Assembly: GCF_001194135.2 (NCBI RefSeq)
Contig: NC_069002.1
Coordinates: 19,507,985-19,571,306, forward strand
DNA from: Octopus bimaculoides
Taxonomy: Eukaryota
DNA length: 63,322 bases
Direction of reading: 5' to 3'
Shown: in pieces, positions 49,125 through 62,365 of the stretch
Layout: every line of letters starts with the position of its first letter
Position numbering within the stretch: position 1 is the first letter of the stretch
Notes under the pieces: generated by a model
The model's database searches: none
What the model was told of the DNA's origin: nothing
The model's input: the letters and a program-made list of their open reading frames with translations, nothing else
Position numbers and translations under genes: made by a program

Positions 49125-49202
49125 TTCTTCTTCTTCTTCTTCTTCTTCTTCTTCTTCTTCTTCTTCTTCTTCTTCTTCTTCTTCTTCTTCTTCTTCTTCT
49201 TC

Positions 49203-49258
<56 letters not shown>

Positions 49259-49357
49259 CTTCTTCTTCTTCTTCTTCTTCTTCTTCTTCTTCTTCTTCTT
49301 CTTCTTCTTCTTCTTCTTCTTCTTCTTCTTCGTATTATTATTATTATTATTATTATC
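49125..49357. repeat. (TTC)26(TTG)18(TTC)25 followed by (TAT)n
   Basis: Counted directly. Confidence 0.9.
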
Positions 49358-51010
49358 ATTGTATTAAAACTCACAGCATATATAGCTGGGTTGATAGAAA
49401 GTGTCTGCTGCCCACAGTGAACGAACGAATGTGACACATGTTTTACTGGCCATGCTTCAAGAATTCTGCGAAGAATTATTGCAGTTCTACGCAATGCTGA
49501 TTTTTGTAGGTGTTTTACCTTCACACTTGCACCGATCTTTTTCTGCCTTGTTGGTAGTTGAGAGCTGATATTTCCAAGTGCACCAATTACTATTACCATG
49601 ACCTTCGTATTTCGTTGTTTATTTTCTTCTTCTTTCGCACTGACTCTGTTGTCAAAGGGGTATGCTATGTCGATTATCATACATGTTCTTTGGTTTTTAT
49701 TCACCACAACAATGTCCGGTTTCCGATGTCTGGTCAGCGGATCACATTGCATCATTGCATCTCACGGGAATTTGCAATTCTCATTTTCGGTAACGCCTTC
49801 TGAGGTTTGCTCATACCTCATCTTTGATCTTTGTAGGGCGTGATTTCGACTGAGTTCCCAATGGATTATTCTTGCCACATTGTCATGGTGTATTTAGGAT
49901 TCGCGTTGTGCCAATTTCGAGCATTCAGTATTTGTCGCTATTGGTAGTCTTGTCTATTCTGCACTTCATATAATTGGTCCTTAACGCTTGTTCCTGAGCT
50001 GCGCATATGAGTGCTTCTGTCTGTATCTTCAGGTCACAATTCCCCATCCATACCCACGGATGCACTGGCGATCACATCTCTTGCAAACTGACCGTGCATT
50101 TTCTTTTCCTTCCATATTTTTTTGTTCATTTCTTGTTTAAATATTTCTTTAGTTACACATTTTTCAGTTTTGGAGATGCCGACCTTCTCCATGTGTTTCA
50201 ATTGAGGCTCCACGGTATTTTTATTTATCACCTTAAGCTGTTTTCTTCTACTTCGATACAAACCTGGAAACTGATCAAACCTCTCCCACCCTTTCCTCTT
50301 CACTCTTAGGGTGGAAGTGTCCGTGTACTGTCAGTATTTTTCTGGTGTTGTTATCCATTTCCTTCATTTCTTTCTTTTGTCATTTTATAATTAACGCTCC
50401 GTACCGAAGTGATGCTATCACCCAAGCAGTACTAACGGCTTGGCTTTCATTCCATCTAGTCAATATTGAGTGCAACACCAATCTTAGTCTTCGGAAATAC
50501 TCCATCCTCAGTTACTCTTTCGTTTCCTTTTTCATTATTTCGTTGAATTCTAGTACACCAAGATATTTGTAGCCTTCCGTTTCAATTTCCTTAATGAAGT
50601 CTCTATTTGGTAATTCTATCTCTGCTAGGGACTGTAGCTTGCCTCTTTTTAGGTAGAATACTTCGCCATTCTGAAGTCTAAATTCCATTCTAATATCAGT
50701 ATTAAGACAGTGGATAGTGTTCACAAAGGAACTCACTTGTGTCTTCCTTCTTGACTATTCGTGGGTCAAAGGAACAAGCAACATAGACTATATAGCCCAT
50801 GTGGTGCATCTTGTTGATCACCGCTAGATCCGCTCTGTTATGCTCTAGCACATGATCTGTTTGTATTGGGAAATCCCAGAGGATTTTGCTACTCTCCAAC
50901 TTCGTCACACTCCACTCATAACAAGTCTTGCCTCTCTCTAGCCTCTACATTTTGCAGAGTTTTCTATGTATCCCTTTCCCTACCTGATCATCTCGGCGCA
51001 ACTTTTAGAT
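49358..51010 (-). mobile_element. R4/Dong-like LINE remnant(s) of another subfamily (RT end, CCHC, RLE; second RLE piece at about 50746-51010)
   Basis: YKYLGVLE, MHGQFAR, RKPDIVVVNK...IIDIAYPFD, VIGALG...LQKSAL, and ILWDFPIQTDHVLEHNRADL. The 3' end runs into (AAT)n. Confidence 0.85.
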
Positions 51011-51314
51011 GCTTTTAGGCATGCCTAGGGCATTCAATCGTGATATGGGAAATGGTTTTGTTATCATTATTATTGTTGTTGTTGCTGTTGTTATCATTAT
51101 TATTTACTTTTAATCTGCATGTTTGTTACAATCACTTGTCGAGAAAAACCCAGGGCCTAGGGCGATTGAAGGATAAGAGATGTTAGAGTATGATTGAAAG
51201 CATAGGGAGGGGAAGTAGGAAGGACAGTAGCGAAATATCTTCTTGTAATACAACAAACATTTAATTTGATAGGGTTTTTCTAAGGATGTGAGCAGTACTC
51301 GTCAGCACAATCTT

Positions 51315-51602
51315 TTAAATTTGTCTGAGACATGGTTCTCCTGGGATCTTATCTAGATGTTTCTGACATACCATTTCTGGGGCCACTGCAATAATAGGAA
51401 CAGTTATCGCTTTGAGACGCCACATCTTTTGTATTTCCATTTCTAGGTACTTATATTTACTGAATTTGTCAAATTCCTTTACAGATATATATTTTTTATC
51501 GTCTAAAATTGTTTTCTTACCTGTCTTTAATGACTCCGTCTGGTCGATTAGCCTGGATCGTTCTGTCGGTGTTGGCTGGAAAATCCCAGAGGATACTGAC
51601 AT
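51315..51602 (-). mobile_element. RLE-LINE C-terminal fragment
   Basis: KEFDKFSKYKYLEMEIQKMWRLKAITVPII. Confidence 0.7.
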
Positions 51603-51614
51603 TTTACTGACATT

Positions 51615-51896
51615 ATAGCAGTCCTATATTAACTATAAAAAAAATGAAGTAGACTGACAAATCAAATTTCGAACCCGTTGAAGGTACGCGAGATACCGAA
51701 ATATTGTTCAGCAAATTTAATTATGGAACTCTTCTTCTTTATTTACATATTCCCTCCAGAGGAATCATAGCAGTCCTATATTAACTATAAAAAAAATGAA
51801 GTAGACTGACATATCAAATTTTGAACCCGTTGAAGGGGCACGAGATACCGAAATGTCTTTCGGGAAATTTAATTATGGAACTCTTCTTCCTTATTT
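51615..51896. repeat. Direct tandem duplication, period 152 bp
   Basis: atagcagtcctatattaactata...ctcttcttc begins at both 51615 and 51767, with a few substitutions. Confidence 0.9.
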
Positions 51897-51928
51897 TAAT
51901 AATAATAATAATAATAATGATAATAATG

Positions 51929-52000
<72 letters not shown>

Positions 52001-52028
52001 GTAATAATAATAATGATAATAATAATAA

Positions 52029-52470
52029 TGGGGGAGCAATCTACTGGGAGCTTTGTAGAAAGCTATGATTTGAACGTAGTAATAAATGGTATGAATATGA
52101 ACCTAGTAAAGTGGTAGAAAGTAAGAAATACAATATTCAGACCGACAGAGTAATAGAAGCTAGACGGCATGATTTGGTAGAAGTAGACAAAGAGAATAGA
52201 ATGTGCCAGAGAACTGACTTTACACTCCCAAATGATGAAAAAATTAATATGAGAGGTATAGAATAAATAGCAGAGTACCAGGATCTAGATATTGAGTTAC
52301 AGAGACTATGGAAAGTGTGGGTAAAATGTATCCCGGTAGTTATAGGTGAATAGATGGATGGAGGAAATAGGCATAAAACCCAATTTAGTAGAGCTCCAGA
52401 AAACAATGTTATTAAGGACAGCTAGAATACGTAGGAGAGTTCTTAGCATCTAAGGTTACTTGTTCTAGCT
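52029..52470 (+). mobile_element. RLE-LINE fragment preceded by (AAT)n (51899-52028)
   Basis: GAIYWELC...KWYEYEPSKV...IQTDRVIEARRHDLV...YQDLDIELQRLWK...IPVVIG. Confidence 0.75.
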
Positions 52471-52569
52471 CGATGTTAGGATTTTTTTTATTTTCCATCA
52501 GTTTAATCTGTTGAGAGTGTATGAAAATGATGATGTTGATGATGATGATATTATTATTATTATTATTAT

Positions 52570-52646
<77 letters not shown>

Positions 52647-53929
52647 TTTGTCTCAAGGGCGAAGGATGAGGGGAACAATACAAAGAGAGACATAAAGTGT
52701 TGGGGTTTATATATAATGGAATGATAGAGTGATAAAGTAAGTATACACGGTATACATCGAAAAAGAAGGGACACAAGTATAGGATACAAAGGGTTAAAAC
52801 AAGAAAAAAGTGGCAGGAAGGATGATGTGACCCTTCTGATACAGGAAAGTTTCTAAGGTTAATCGAGGCACCCCACTGTCCGAGATTTCCCTGAAACCCC
52901 ACCATCCAAGATCAATTTCCAATTCCTTCTCTCCTCTCCACTTTTGCCATTTAGGCAACTTTTACTTGTCTTTCAATAAACTCCCTCGAGGACAACAGTT
53001 CCCTCTTCACTCTCAGTTTCCTTTTCAACTGTAACTTGAAGATGTCCATACCAGCTCTACCAAAGTGGAATGTATCTGTCCTATAATAATAATAATGTTA
53101 ACAACCTTTTTCACCACAGCTGCTAAACAAAGCAAAATTGCTTTGCCAGTGCGATTGAAGAAGGTCAGCAGTGCGATCATCACTACAGACTCCACCGACA
53201 GACGGATCCGTCCCACACGTGACAGGAGCTGTTCGACATAACCCTACAAGTCAGCAATGCCCGGACACTGAACGAATGCGTGCAGAACGGTTTCGTTACT
53301 CTAATAGTAATAATAATGGACAAGTTCTAAACCACAACAAGCCCACCTAGTGGTTGTGGACAATGTGAACCATATATGTTGTTTAATATATGTTGTGTGT
53401 CCCTTTGACACACGAATATCTAAGACGGAAGCCCCACCCCCAAGACATATAAAATCCCCTTGAATAAGAAACAGCTCATCTGTGGAAATTGAAGAAGATG
53501 AAGATAGTCCCAATGACTGTTGGGTCCTTGGGGACAGTATTAGACTCCATCAAGTGTAATATAAAATAAATGGGGGTATAGTGCTCAGTACAGCTGTTAC
53601 AAGAGTTATCTGAAAAGTATTAGTTAACCGAAATGAACAGATAGCATGGTACCGTAGGCAGGAGGCAGCTCAAGGAGGCCACAAAAAACTTGATTTAAAA
53701 GACTGAAAAATCTTTTATTCAATGCGTTCAAGCATTTAGTTTAATCTATTTTGGATGGGATATGTTTTTTTTTGCTATTCACCCTTACGTGCTTTCATAA
53801 AACACCTCAGTTAGATACAGTGAATTATACACTTTTAAGCGTTTGAAACATAGAAATGTGTTATAATTACTCATGGATGTTGTCATCATTCTAATTATCT
53901 ACTTTTTGTTATTTCTTGCTTTTATGTAG

Positions 53930-54043
53930 GTACCTGGGAACTTCCATGTTTCCACTCATTCAGCAAACCCACCTCCTTCTGATGCTGATATGGGCCACAT
54001 AATACACGAAGTGCGCTTTGGAAATAGTAAAACACATGATTAT
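53930..54043 (+). CDS. ERGIC1: ERGIC1 next coding exon (114 bp, phase 0 to phase 0)
   Basis: Pyrimidine tract plus tag acceptor ending at 53929 and gtaagt donor at 54044. Translates VPGNFHVSTHSANPPPSDADMGHIIHEVRFGNSKTHDY, which continues in frame after ...INK as in ERGIC1 (INKVPGNFHVSTHS...DMTHVIHKLSFG). Confidence 0.95.
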
Positions 54044-54077
54044 GTAAGTAACAATATGTTCCATATAGTTTTTATAT

Positions 54078-54116
<39 letters not shown>

Positions 54117-54435
54117 TGGTGTGTGTGTGTAATGTTGATAGCGGTGTAACCCACGGCGTTAGTGAACATGAGTAAATCTCAGAAAAAGTTTGTACAATTT
54201 CATCCTTTACGGTGAATTTAGCAGTGAATTATGATTAGTGAAAATGCATCTTTTACACTGAAATAAGCTTAGAAATAGAGTACGCGTTTAGTCAACTGCA
54301 TCGAACTATATTTTCGACTGATTCCAATTTATCGATCCAGAGGAATTTGAATTCACGACCTACGGACAGACGACATGTCACAGCATTTTGTCCAGCGTGC
54401 TAAAGATTCAGCAAACTCGTGCCTTAATGATAATG

Positions 54436-54491
<56 letters not shown>

Positions 54492-54959
54492 AATAATAAT
54501 GTTAACTGCAAACGTAAGCAAACTGTATATGAACAGAAATAATGGTGGCAGAGGACTGATTAGTATAGACCACTGTATAAGAAGTGAAAGGAGAACGTTT
54601 GCCGAGTATTTGATAAATAGTGATGAAGATCTGCGGCAATATACCGGTATCCATTTTATTATTGATAGTTTTAAATGGTATGGGTAGAACGATGGTAGTA
54701 ATGATAATCAATGTTGTTATGGAGGCGAAACAATGCAAGCACGTTAGTTATGTATGTGTACAACTGAAAACGAATTTGAGAGTGGAGAAGGAAGTGCTGT
54801 CCTCGAGTGAGTTTATATATGTGTATATACATACATGTGCACGTGTATATACAAATAAAGATAGAAAGAGAGAGAGAGAGAGATGGGATCTCAATAACAA
54901 CTGTCATGGGAACCTCACGAACAACTCATGATATCATGATGCAACGCAAGGAAAGAATT

Positions 54960-55160
54960 AACGGCGATAATGAAGCTATAGACGATCATGCTGAAGGATT
55001 CTCGCCCGGCACGTCCTAAACCGCCTGCATCAGGAGCAGAGATCTGGCTTCGAAGGTCGTTATGTCACAACAGATCAGATACACGGTGTGCGCAAAAGCA
55101 GACGTAAGTGAACGAAGGAAGTGTTCGATATCCTTATTGAATGTCATGAAAGAGTATGGT
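54960..55160 (+). mobile_element. RTE-like LINE reverse-transcriptase fragment
   Basis: RILARHVLNRLHQEQRSGFEGRYVTTDQIHGVR, resembling the RT start of APE-type LINEs (Q.GF..GR.T.DQI..R). Confidence 0.5.
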
Positions 55161-55242
55161 GGTTTGTTCTTGCCTGCTTTCAAGTAAAGAATAATAACCA
55201 GTTATTAAAAACTACCGATAGTCTTTTTATAATAATAGTAAT

Positions 55243-55305
<63 letters not shown>

Positions 55306-55324
55306 AATAATTATTATTATACAA

Positions 55325-57397
55325 TTCACAAACCTTTACTGCGATAATATCGCAGAGAATGAGTAAACATCTAGAGCAACCTGCTTTCAGAAGAGCAGAA
55401 GGGATGCTGCAAGGGATCATACAGCTGTAAAGATCAGATAATAATCAATAAAGCCATAACTAAAGACAGCCTCAGAAAGAAGAAAGGCCTAAGTATAGCC
55501 TGGATCGGCTACCGAAAGGCTTTTGATAGCATCCCCCACACATGAATCTTAGAAACATTAGCCATGAACAAGGTAGCACCAATAATCATAAAATATATAA
55601 CACATTCCATGAATAAATGGCAGACAGTGCTACAGCTCCAGACAAAAGAGGGACTTGTGAAAAGGAAAGTCATCCCCATTAGAAAAGGAATATTCCAGGG
55701 AGACACGAACTCTCCAATCCTTTTCTGCTTAGCACTGACACCTTTATCTGACATGCTAAATAGAACTCGATGTGAATACAACCGTTACGGCAAAACAATC
55801 AGCCATCGCTTATATATGGATACTCTAAAACTGTACACTACAAATTATAAACAGCTGAAAATATTACTACAGACAGTACATGGGTTCACCAAAGAAATAA
55901 ATATAAAATTTGGATTAGAAAAATGTGCCAAAGCAACCTGGAAAAGCGGAATACTAGTTAAGAGTAATAACATCACGCTAGACAAAGCAAATGAAATAAA
56001 AGAATTAGACCAAAGCCAGACATACAAATAGTTAGGAATCAATGAACTAGATACTTTACAAGACAAAAAACATGAAAGAGAAGGGAAGAAAAGAATACTA
56101 TAGACGAGTTAGATTAATATAGAAAACAAAGCTCAATGCGAAAAACAAGATAATAGGTATCAACATTCTAGCCATCCCAGTTACATGTTACAACTACATA
56201 TTATTAACGGGACTCCAAATGAACTAATCAAAATAGACAGGAAAACAAGAAAACATTGACAGGATTTAGGATGCACCACCCAAATTCTGACATTCAAATG
56301 TTTTATATATAACGTACGGAAGGTGGTAGAGTCCTTATACAGCTAGAAAGCTATTGTAAAATAACCACCATAGGACTATAGAAATACCTACTTCAGAAGC
56401 AAAGGAAACCAATAAAAATAGCCACATAACACGAACCAAAAATAACTATTTTCGGTCTTTAAGGCAGCTAAGAAGTACAAAAAAAGAAGTCTTAGTACCT
56501 AACATGTATGAAGAAAAAGAAGAAACAGCAAAAGCCGTAAAACAACTGAAATCTAAGCTAAAACTGGCACAGCAATGTTTCATGACAAATATTGGGTTAA
56601 ACTAAACAGAAAAAAATTAGACAAAGCAAAATTCCTGGATTGGCTGAGAAGTCAGGACTCACAGCAGAGACTGAAGGACATTTAACTGCAGTAAAGAACA
56701 AAGCCTTCCCACCAGAAACCACTTAAAACATGTAATGAAAATAATACAAGTAACAGCAGAGTATGTGGAAATGGATAAAAAACAATAAACCATGTTATCT
56801 CTGGCTGCCCAGTCCTGGCTGCCCAGTCCTGGCTAAGAAGGGCTATATTCACAAGACACAACAGAGTTGGGACCTATATGCACTGGAAGGTATGCCAACA
56901 CAATATCAACAGAAAAAAGATGGTATAAGCACACGCTAGAAAAGGTCACAGAAAATGAGAAGGCAACTATACTCCAGGATATGCCAATGCACACAGATAG
57001 TGAAATTAAAGCCAATAGGCCGGATATAATTGTCAGAGATTGCCAAGTAAACAATACTTTCTAATTGCTATATGAATACCATCAGATGACAATGTTTCTC
57101 TAAAAGAAACGGAGACACTTTCAAAATACAAAGACCTGGAAATAGAGATAACAATTCGTAACATAGTTGGCGCATTATGTATAATAAAAACATATTCAAA
57201 CAAATACATAAAAACACTAGAATTAACAAGTATGTATAACATACAGAAAATAGCACTACTAGGCACCGCATATACCCTACGTAAAACACTTTCAATATAG
57301 TAACAGTAAGAGCATCACAACAAACTGCAGCACATACCCAAGGCACACAGAGCTGCGCTCGGTGGTGCAGTGAAAGCACGTGATAAAAATAAGACTA

Positions 57398-57400
<3 letters not shown>
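55325..57400 (+). mobile_element. Longest R4/Dong-like LINE remnant (about 2.1 kb: RT, CCHC, RLE, 3' UTR) ending in (AAT)n
   Basis: EQKGCCKGS, AWIGYRKAFDSIP, GIFQGDTNSPILFCLAL, HRLYMDTLKLY, FGLEKCAK, KANRPDIIV. The 3' end actactg is followed by (AAT)n at 57401-57588. Frameshifted. Confidence 0.92.
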
Positions 57401-57459
<59 letters not shown>

Positions 57460-57473
57460 TAATAATAATAATG

Positions 57474-57591
<118 letters not shown>

Positions 57592-57691
57592 TAGAATAAT
57601 TCATAATTCAATCAGCCAGTCGCAATATAGGATCTCGAGGAGAGAAAATAAGTAAACATAAAACAAAATAATAAATCAGTAACTAGAAACA

Positions 57692-57890
57692 GTTTCAACT
57701 TTTGGTACAATGCAAGCAATTTTTTAGCGGGGTAAGTTGATTAGACCGATCCCAATGATGAAACGGTATTTATTTTATCGAATCAGAAAGGTGAAATCGA
57801 CTGTTGAGAAATTTAATCTCAGCGTAAAATCGCACGAAATGCCATTAAGCATATTTGTCCGGATAACGATTCCTGCTAGCTCTCCGCCTT
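57692..57890 (-). mobile_element. Degraded family-A SINE
   Basis: ttttggtacaatgcaagcaatt...ggtatttattttatcg...ataacgattcctgctagctctccgcctt. Confidence 0.65.
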
Positions 57891-58559
57891 AAAATCGTTA
57901 GGGAATAATGCATATTTGTACATAGAAAATTTCTTCAGCTGACTTAGATTGACTCATTCTCAGAAATGAATGTGTAACAATTTATTTAGTTCATATGTAT
58001 TTGTTAACACAAACCTCGTAAATATCTATGTAACCATAAAGCACTTTACTGCATCTGTTTGCCCCTGAAACAAATGTAAACGATTTGCTTCTATTTTTTT
58101 GTTCACCTCAGTTGTCTTTTCACTTATGTAGGGATATCTACCTGCATATGCAGGACTACCATCAACTAACTTTCCGCTTTCTACTTAATTATACTTACAC
58201 ACATGCTTTTGTAGCTTATGTATAAATGCTTTGAAGCTATGACTACTTCTCCAACTTTATTTCCATTTACCCCACACCCAAAGCATTCCCCATAACCAAA
58301 TCTTTCTTAACTGTGTTACGTCTCCCATGGTTAAAACGTTTGATTTCAGGAATCCGAGTTTGTCTGAACACCAATCTAACTGCATCTATTCTACGCCTTA
58401 GTAACACTATACGTAAATCTACAAAACCGGACTAACATACCCCAACGAAGACCTGGATATGAAATGCTCAGCATAACATCAAAAGGCCATTGCCTGGTTA
58501 TGTTTCGCGGAGACGTGAAGTAGATAGTAACATCAACATTAAGCAAAGCTTCACTTAGA

Positions 58560-59270
58560 CACGTGACTGCTACATTACGTCACACATCGAAGGCAATGCA
58601 TTTGTAATCCAGGGGATTGCTATGAAATACCTTATAAACAAAAGAGACAATGATGCCCTTGGAGATCCAAGATGCAAGTGAAAACGATATTTTCATATTG
58701 TTGTGGAAGACATCACACATGTGATTAGTACTTGCTCAAAAATATTATCGAGATACTAACTCCTTATACGACATGATTCTTTCGCCAAAAGAATTATGCA
58801 GTAACATTCGGGAAAAAAGACTCTTGAAATAAATATAGAGAAACTCCGTGTTTATGAATACGAACACAAATATCAATGCAAGGAATACTAGTCGAAGATT
58901 GCCATCAAAACACCTGTCAAGTGTTAACATAAGAGGCTGGATATTGTTGTTAGGTATAGAGAAGAAAATTATGTATCGTCATACAGGTCAGCTGACCTGC
59001 TGATGTGAATAACTCAATAAAAATCAAAGTGAAAGAAAATAACTATGGGCAACCACTTCGAAACCTCCAGCTTCTACATCCAGATTATAAATTCACATTT
59101 ATACGAATGATAATTGATACACTTGTTTTTGTGAGTAAATGTTTAAGTGACAATCTGGATAAGCTTGTTCTTTCAGAAAAAGAAATCAGCCAGCTAACAT
59201 GGACATTGCAAACGCAAACTGTAAGTGGAACAGTAAAAATATGCAGGACTTTTCTAAAGTTTTAAACATA
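58560..59270 (+). mobile_element. Decayed RLE-LINE 3' region (CCHC plus RLE)
   Basis: EDITHVISTCS...RHD, then KENNYGQPLRNLQLLHPDYKFTFI...GTVKICRTFLKF*. Confidence 0.6.
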
Positions 59271-59377
59271 TCATTGTTTTTATCTATATTCCAGCGATAG
59301 AGTTTTGTTTATTTTTTATAAACCAGCACCTTCCTCAGGGGAAGAATTTAAATAATTGAAAATGGAAGAGAATACAC

Positions 59378-59421
<44 letters not shown>

Positions 59422-59968
59422 NNNNNNNNNNNNNNNNNNNNNNNNNNNNNNNNNNNNNNNNNNNNNNNNNNNNNNNNNNNNNNNNNNNNNNNNNNNNNNN
59501 NNNNNNNNNNNNNNNNNNNNNNNNNNNNNNNNNNNNNNNNNNNNNNNNNNNNNNNNNNNNNNNNNNNNNNNNNNNNNNNNNNNNNNNNNNNNNNNNNNNN
59601 NNNNNNNNNNNNNNNNNNNNNNNNNNNNNNNNNNNNNNNNNNNNNNNNNNNNNNNNNNNNNNNNNNNNNNNNNNNNNNNNNNNNNNNNNNNNNNNNNNNN
59701 NNNNNNNNNNNNNNNNNNNNNNNNNNNNNNNNNNNNNNNNNNNNNNNNNNNNNNNNNNNNNNNNNNNNNNNNNNNNNNNNNNNNNNNNNNNNNNNNNNNN
59801 NNNNNNNNNNNNNNNNNNNNNNNNNAATAGCAGCGGGTTTAACTCCTCCAGGGTGAATGCTGTGATAGGACAAAAGGAAACGAAATAGACACACATACCT
59901 ATGTATGTATGTATGTATGTATGTATGTATGTATGTGTGTATGTATGCATGCATGTATGTATGTATGT

Positions 59969-60035
<67 letters not shown>

Positions 60036-60049
60036 AGATATACATCGCC

Positions 60050-60240
60050 ATGATAGATCGCTAGCTACTAAACTTTTTCTATTTTCTCTCTCTGTTTCTT
60101 TCTGTGTTCCTTTCTGTCGAACAGCGTAGGCTCGAAACGTAAAATACTTTCCCACTTCTCGAGCGTTAAACTAATACATCTGTTTGTTGTTTACACACCC
60201 GTCTTCGACTTTTGTCTTTTTGTAAATTCTCACTATAATA
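60050..60240 (+). mobile_element. PLE-type non-coding terminal repeat fragment with a hammerhead relic (60111-60144)
   Basis: TTT-CTGTCGA-ACAGC-GTAG-GCTC-GAAA-CGT-A-AAA. The fragment is bounded by TA-rich microsatellite. Confidence 0.45.
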
Positions 60241-60479
60241 TACATAAATGCATAAACACAAAAACAAGCAGGTGTCCATGTAAATACATTTATTCATGCA
60301 AATATATGTACTTCTGTATCAACACATTTATGAAGAACTCTGTAGGTATAATGTACGTGTGCTTATGTTTGCGCCGTTCGTGAATCTGTCTGTATGTGTG
60401 TGTATTTGAGTGTGTGTTCGTCTGTTTGTATTATGTGTTTTGTGTGTTTTTTGTGTGTGTGTGTGTGTGTGTGTCTTTA

Positions 60480-60523
<44 letters not shown>

Positions 60524-61417
60524 GGAAGAGGAAGTCAGTTTGCCAAAAGTAAATGTTTGAAACGACCTGTGAACTCTCAAAATGTCTTCCATGATAACAA
60601 GCAACACTGCTTCTATTACTATGAATACCATTACTGTCACTACCGCCAGCTCCACCGTTTATAAAATCGTCATCACTTTACTGTCGCCGTCCTCACCGTC
60701 ACCACCGATCCCCGGTATACATGGACATTGTTGTATGTTATATGTTTGTATCCCATGAAGCAGTTGTTAAAATTCTCTTACATCATCACCACGTTCTTCC
60801 TTCACTCCTCAACTTTGAGAACATTGTTTCATGGACGAGAGAAGCAAATTCAATGTTCGACCAATGCCAGGAGAAAGAGGGGGAGGTTTTGAGTAGCGAA
60901 GGGGTGATGGCGGCATTGATAGCTGGCTGGTTGGCAGGTTGGTTGGTTTGTAGATGTGGAATAAGTTGAGGTCGATATGTCAGGAAATTACAGCATCTTG
61001 CAAAAGACGACAGGACACAAAGCAACACGTTACTATTCAGAATGTTGCAATGGAAACAAGTATAATCACGTTAGCCAACATAAATAACGGCGGTAGTTCA
61101 TGAAACAAAATGTTTGCAGTGACAAGAGAATTTGGCACTTAACAAGGAAACTTTCCACAAGTACTTGTTGACATTTCGGCTGAAAATATATTGCTGCCAA
61201 TTGATGCTACTTACTTTTACTATTGAAATATAAATATCTTGTTAATCCAACAAAACAAATATTAAATAAATCTTAGATTAATTGTTTGGGCAGCTTGACA
61301 CCTTTCTACTGTTGCCACGCACACACGCACGCACGCACGCACGCACGCACGCACNNNNNNNNNNNNNNNNNNNNNNNNNNNNNNNNNNNNNNNNNNNNNN
61401 NNNNNNNNNNNNNNNNN

Positions 61418-61467
<50 letters not shown>

Positions 61468-62311
61468 CGTTTTCGTATCTTGTTTATTTAGAGCCATGTT
61501 TACAGTTTATAGAACAACTGCTTGTTAGGAATTTGTAGATACTATTGTCAAGAATGTAACACGGGCTAATCCAAATACACAGTTTTCAGTGGTGCAACTG
61601 CCCTAATATAACTTTCATCATATACTTCCCTAAAGAAGCGTGATTTACGGTTGCAGAAAGTTGAGGTCATTCAAACTACTGCAATGCATTGTTCAAAGTT
61701 ATCTTTCGAATTTCTTTTCACAATTTCTTCAAGTGTCTTTGCGGCACTTTACTTTCTACACACTTAAATACTTGAAGTCATATAAGCATCCTAACGCACT
61801 CTTTCTTTCTTTCTTTCTCCTCCTCCCTTTCTTTTCGTCCCACTCTCTTCATGAATGCTGCCGAGAGTGAAGTGGAAGCGGTAATCGATTCTGACTGAAA
61901 AAGCATTTGTTATTTCTCAGTGAAAATTAAAGAACTGTTTCTATAACCAAAATCGCTAATCTTCAAATATCTTTATGCTGTCCAACTCCACACAGTTTAT
62001 TCACTTAATCCTACCCAGATTCTGGATAATCGCGATCTGCTAGGCGTTGTGATTTAAAAAGACAAGTGTATAGTGTTACCATGTTTGCCAATTCAGCGGC
62101 AAGAGTCAACGTGACTGACAACTTCTATGTTGTCACAGGACATGTCAGAAATAGCAGCTAAAATATCTCAAACCAATCACTATCGTCTCAAAATGGAAAA
62201 TATTGCCTCTCACAATTGCTCATTTGCTCTCCCTTCCTCACTTCTCACACCCATTAACTTTCATTCTCCCTCTTTGATTTTCCCTGTATGTCCCTCCCTC
62301 GATTATGTTAC

Positions 62312-62365
<54 letters not shown>

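Larger units (their letters stand above)
4655..53929 (+). other. 49,275-bp GT-AG intron of ERGIC1 (length includes N gaps)
   Basis: The two flanking exons are contiguous in the protein (INK|VPGNFH) and phase-compatible (0/0). No intervening ERGIC1 sequence is expected. Confidence 0.88.
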
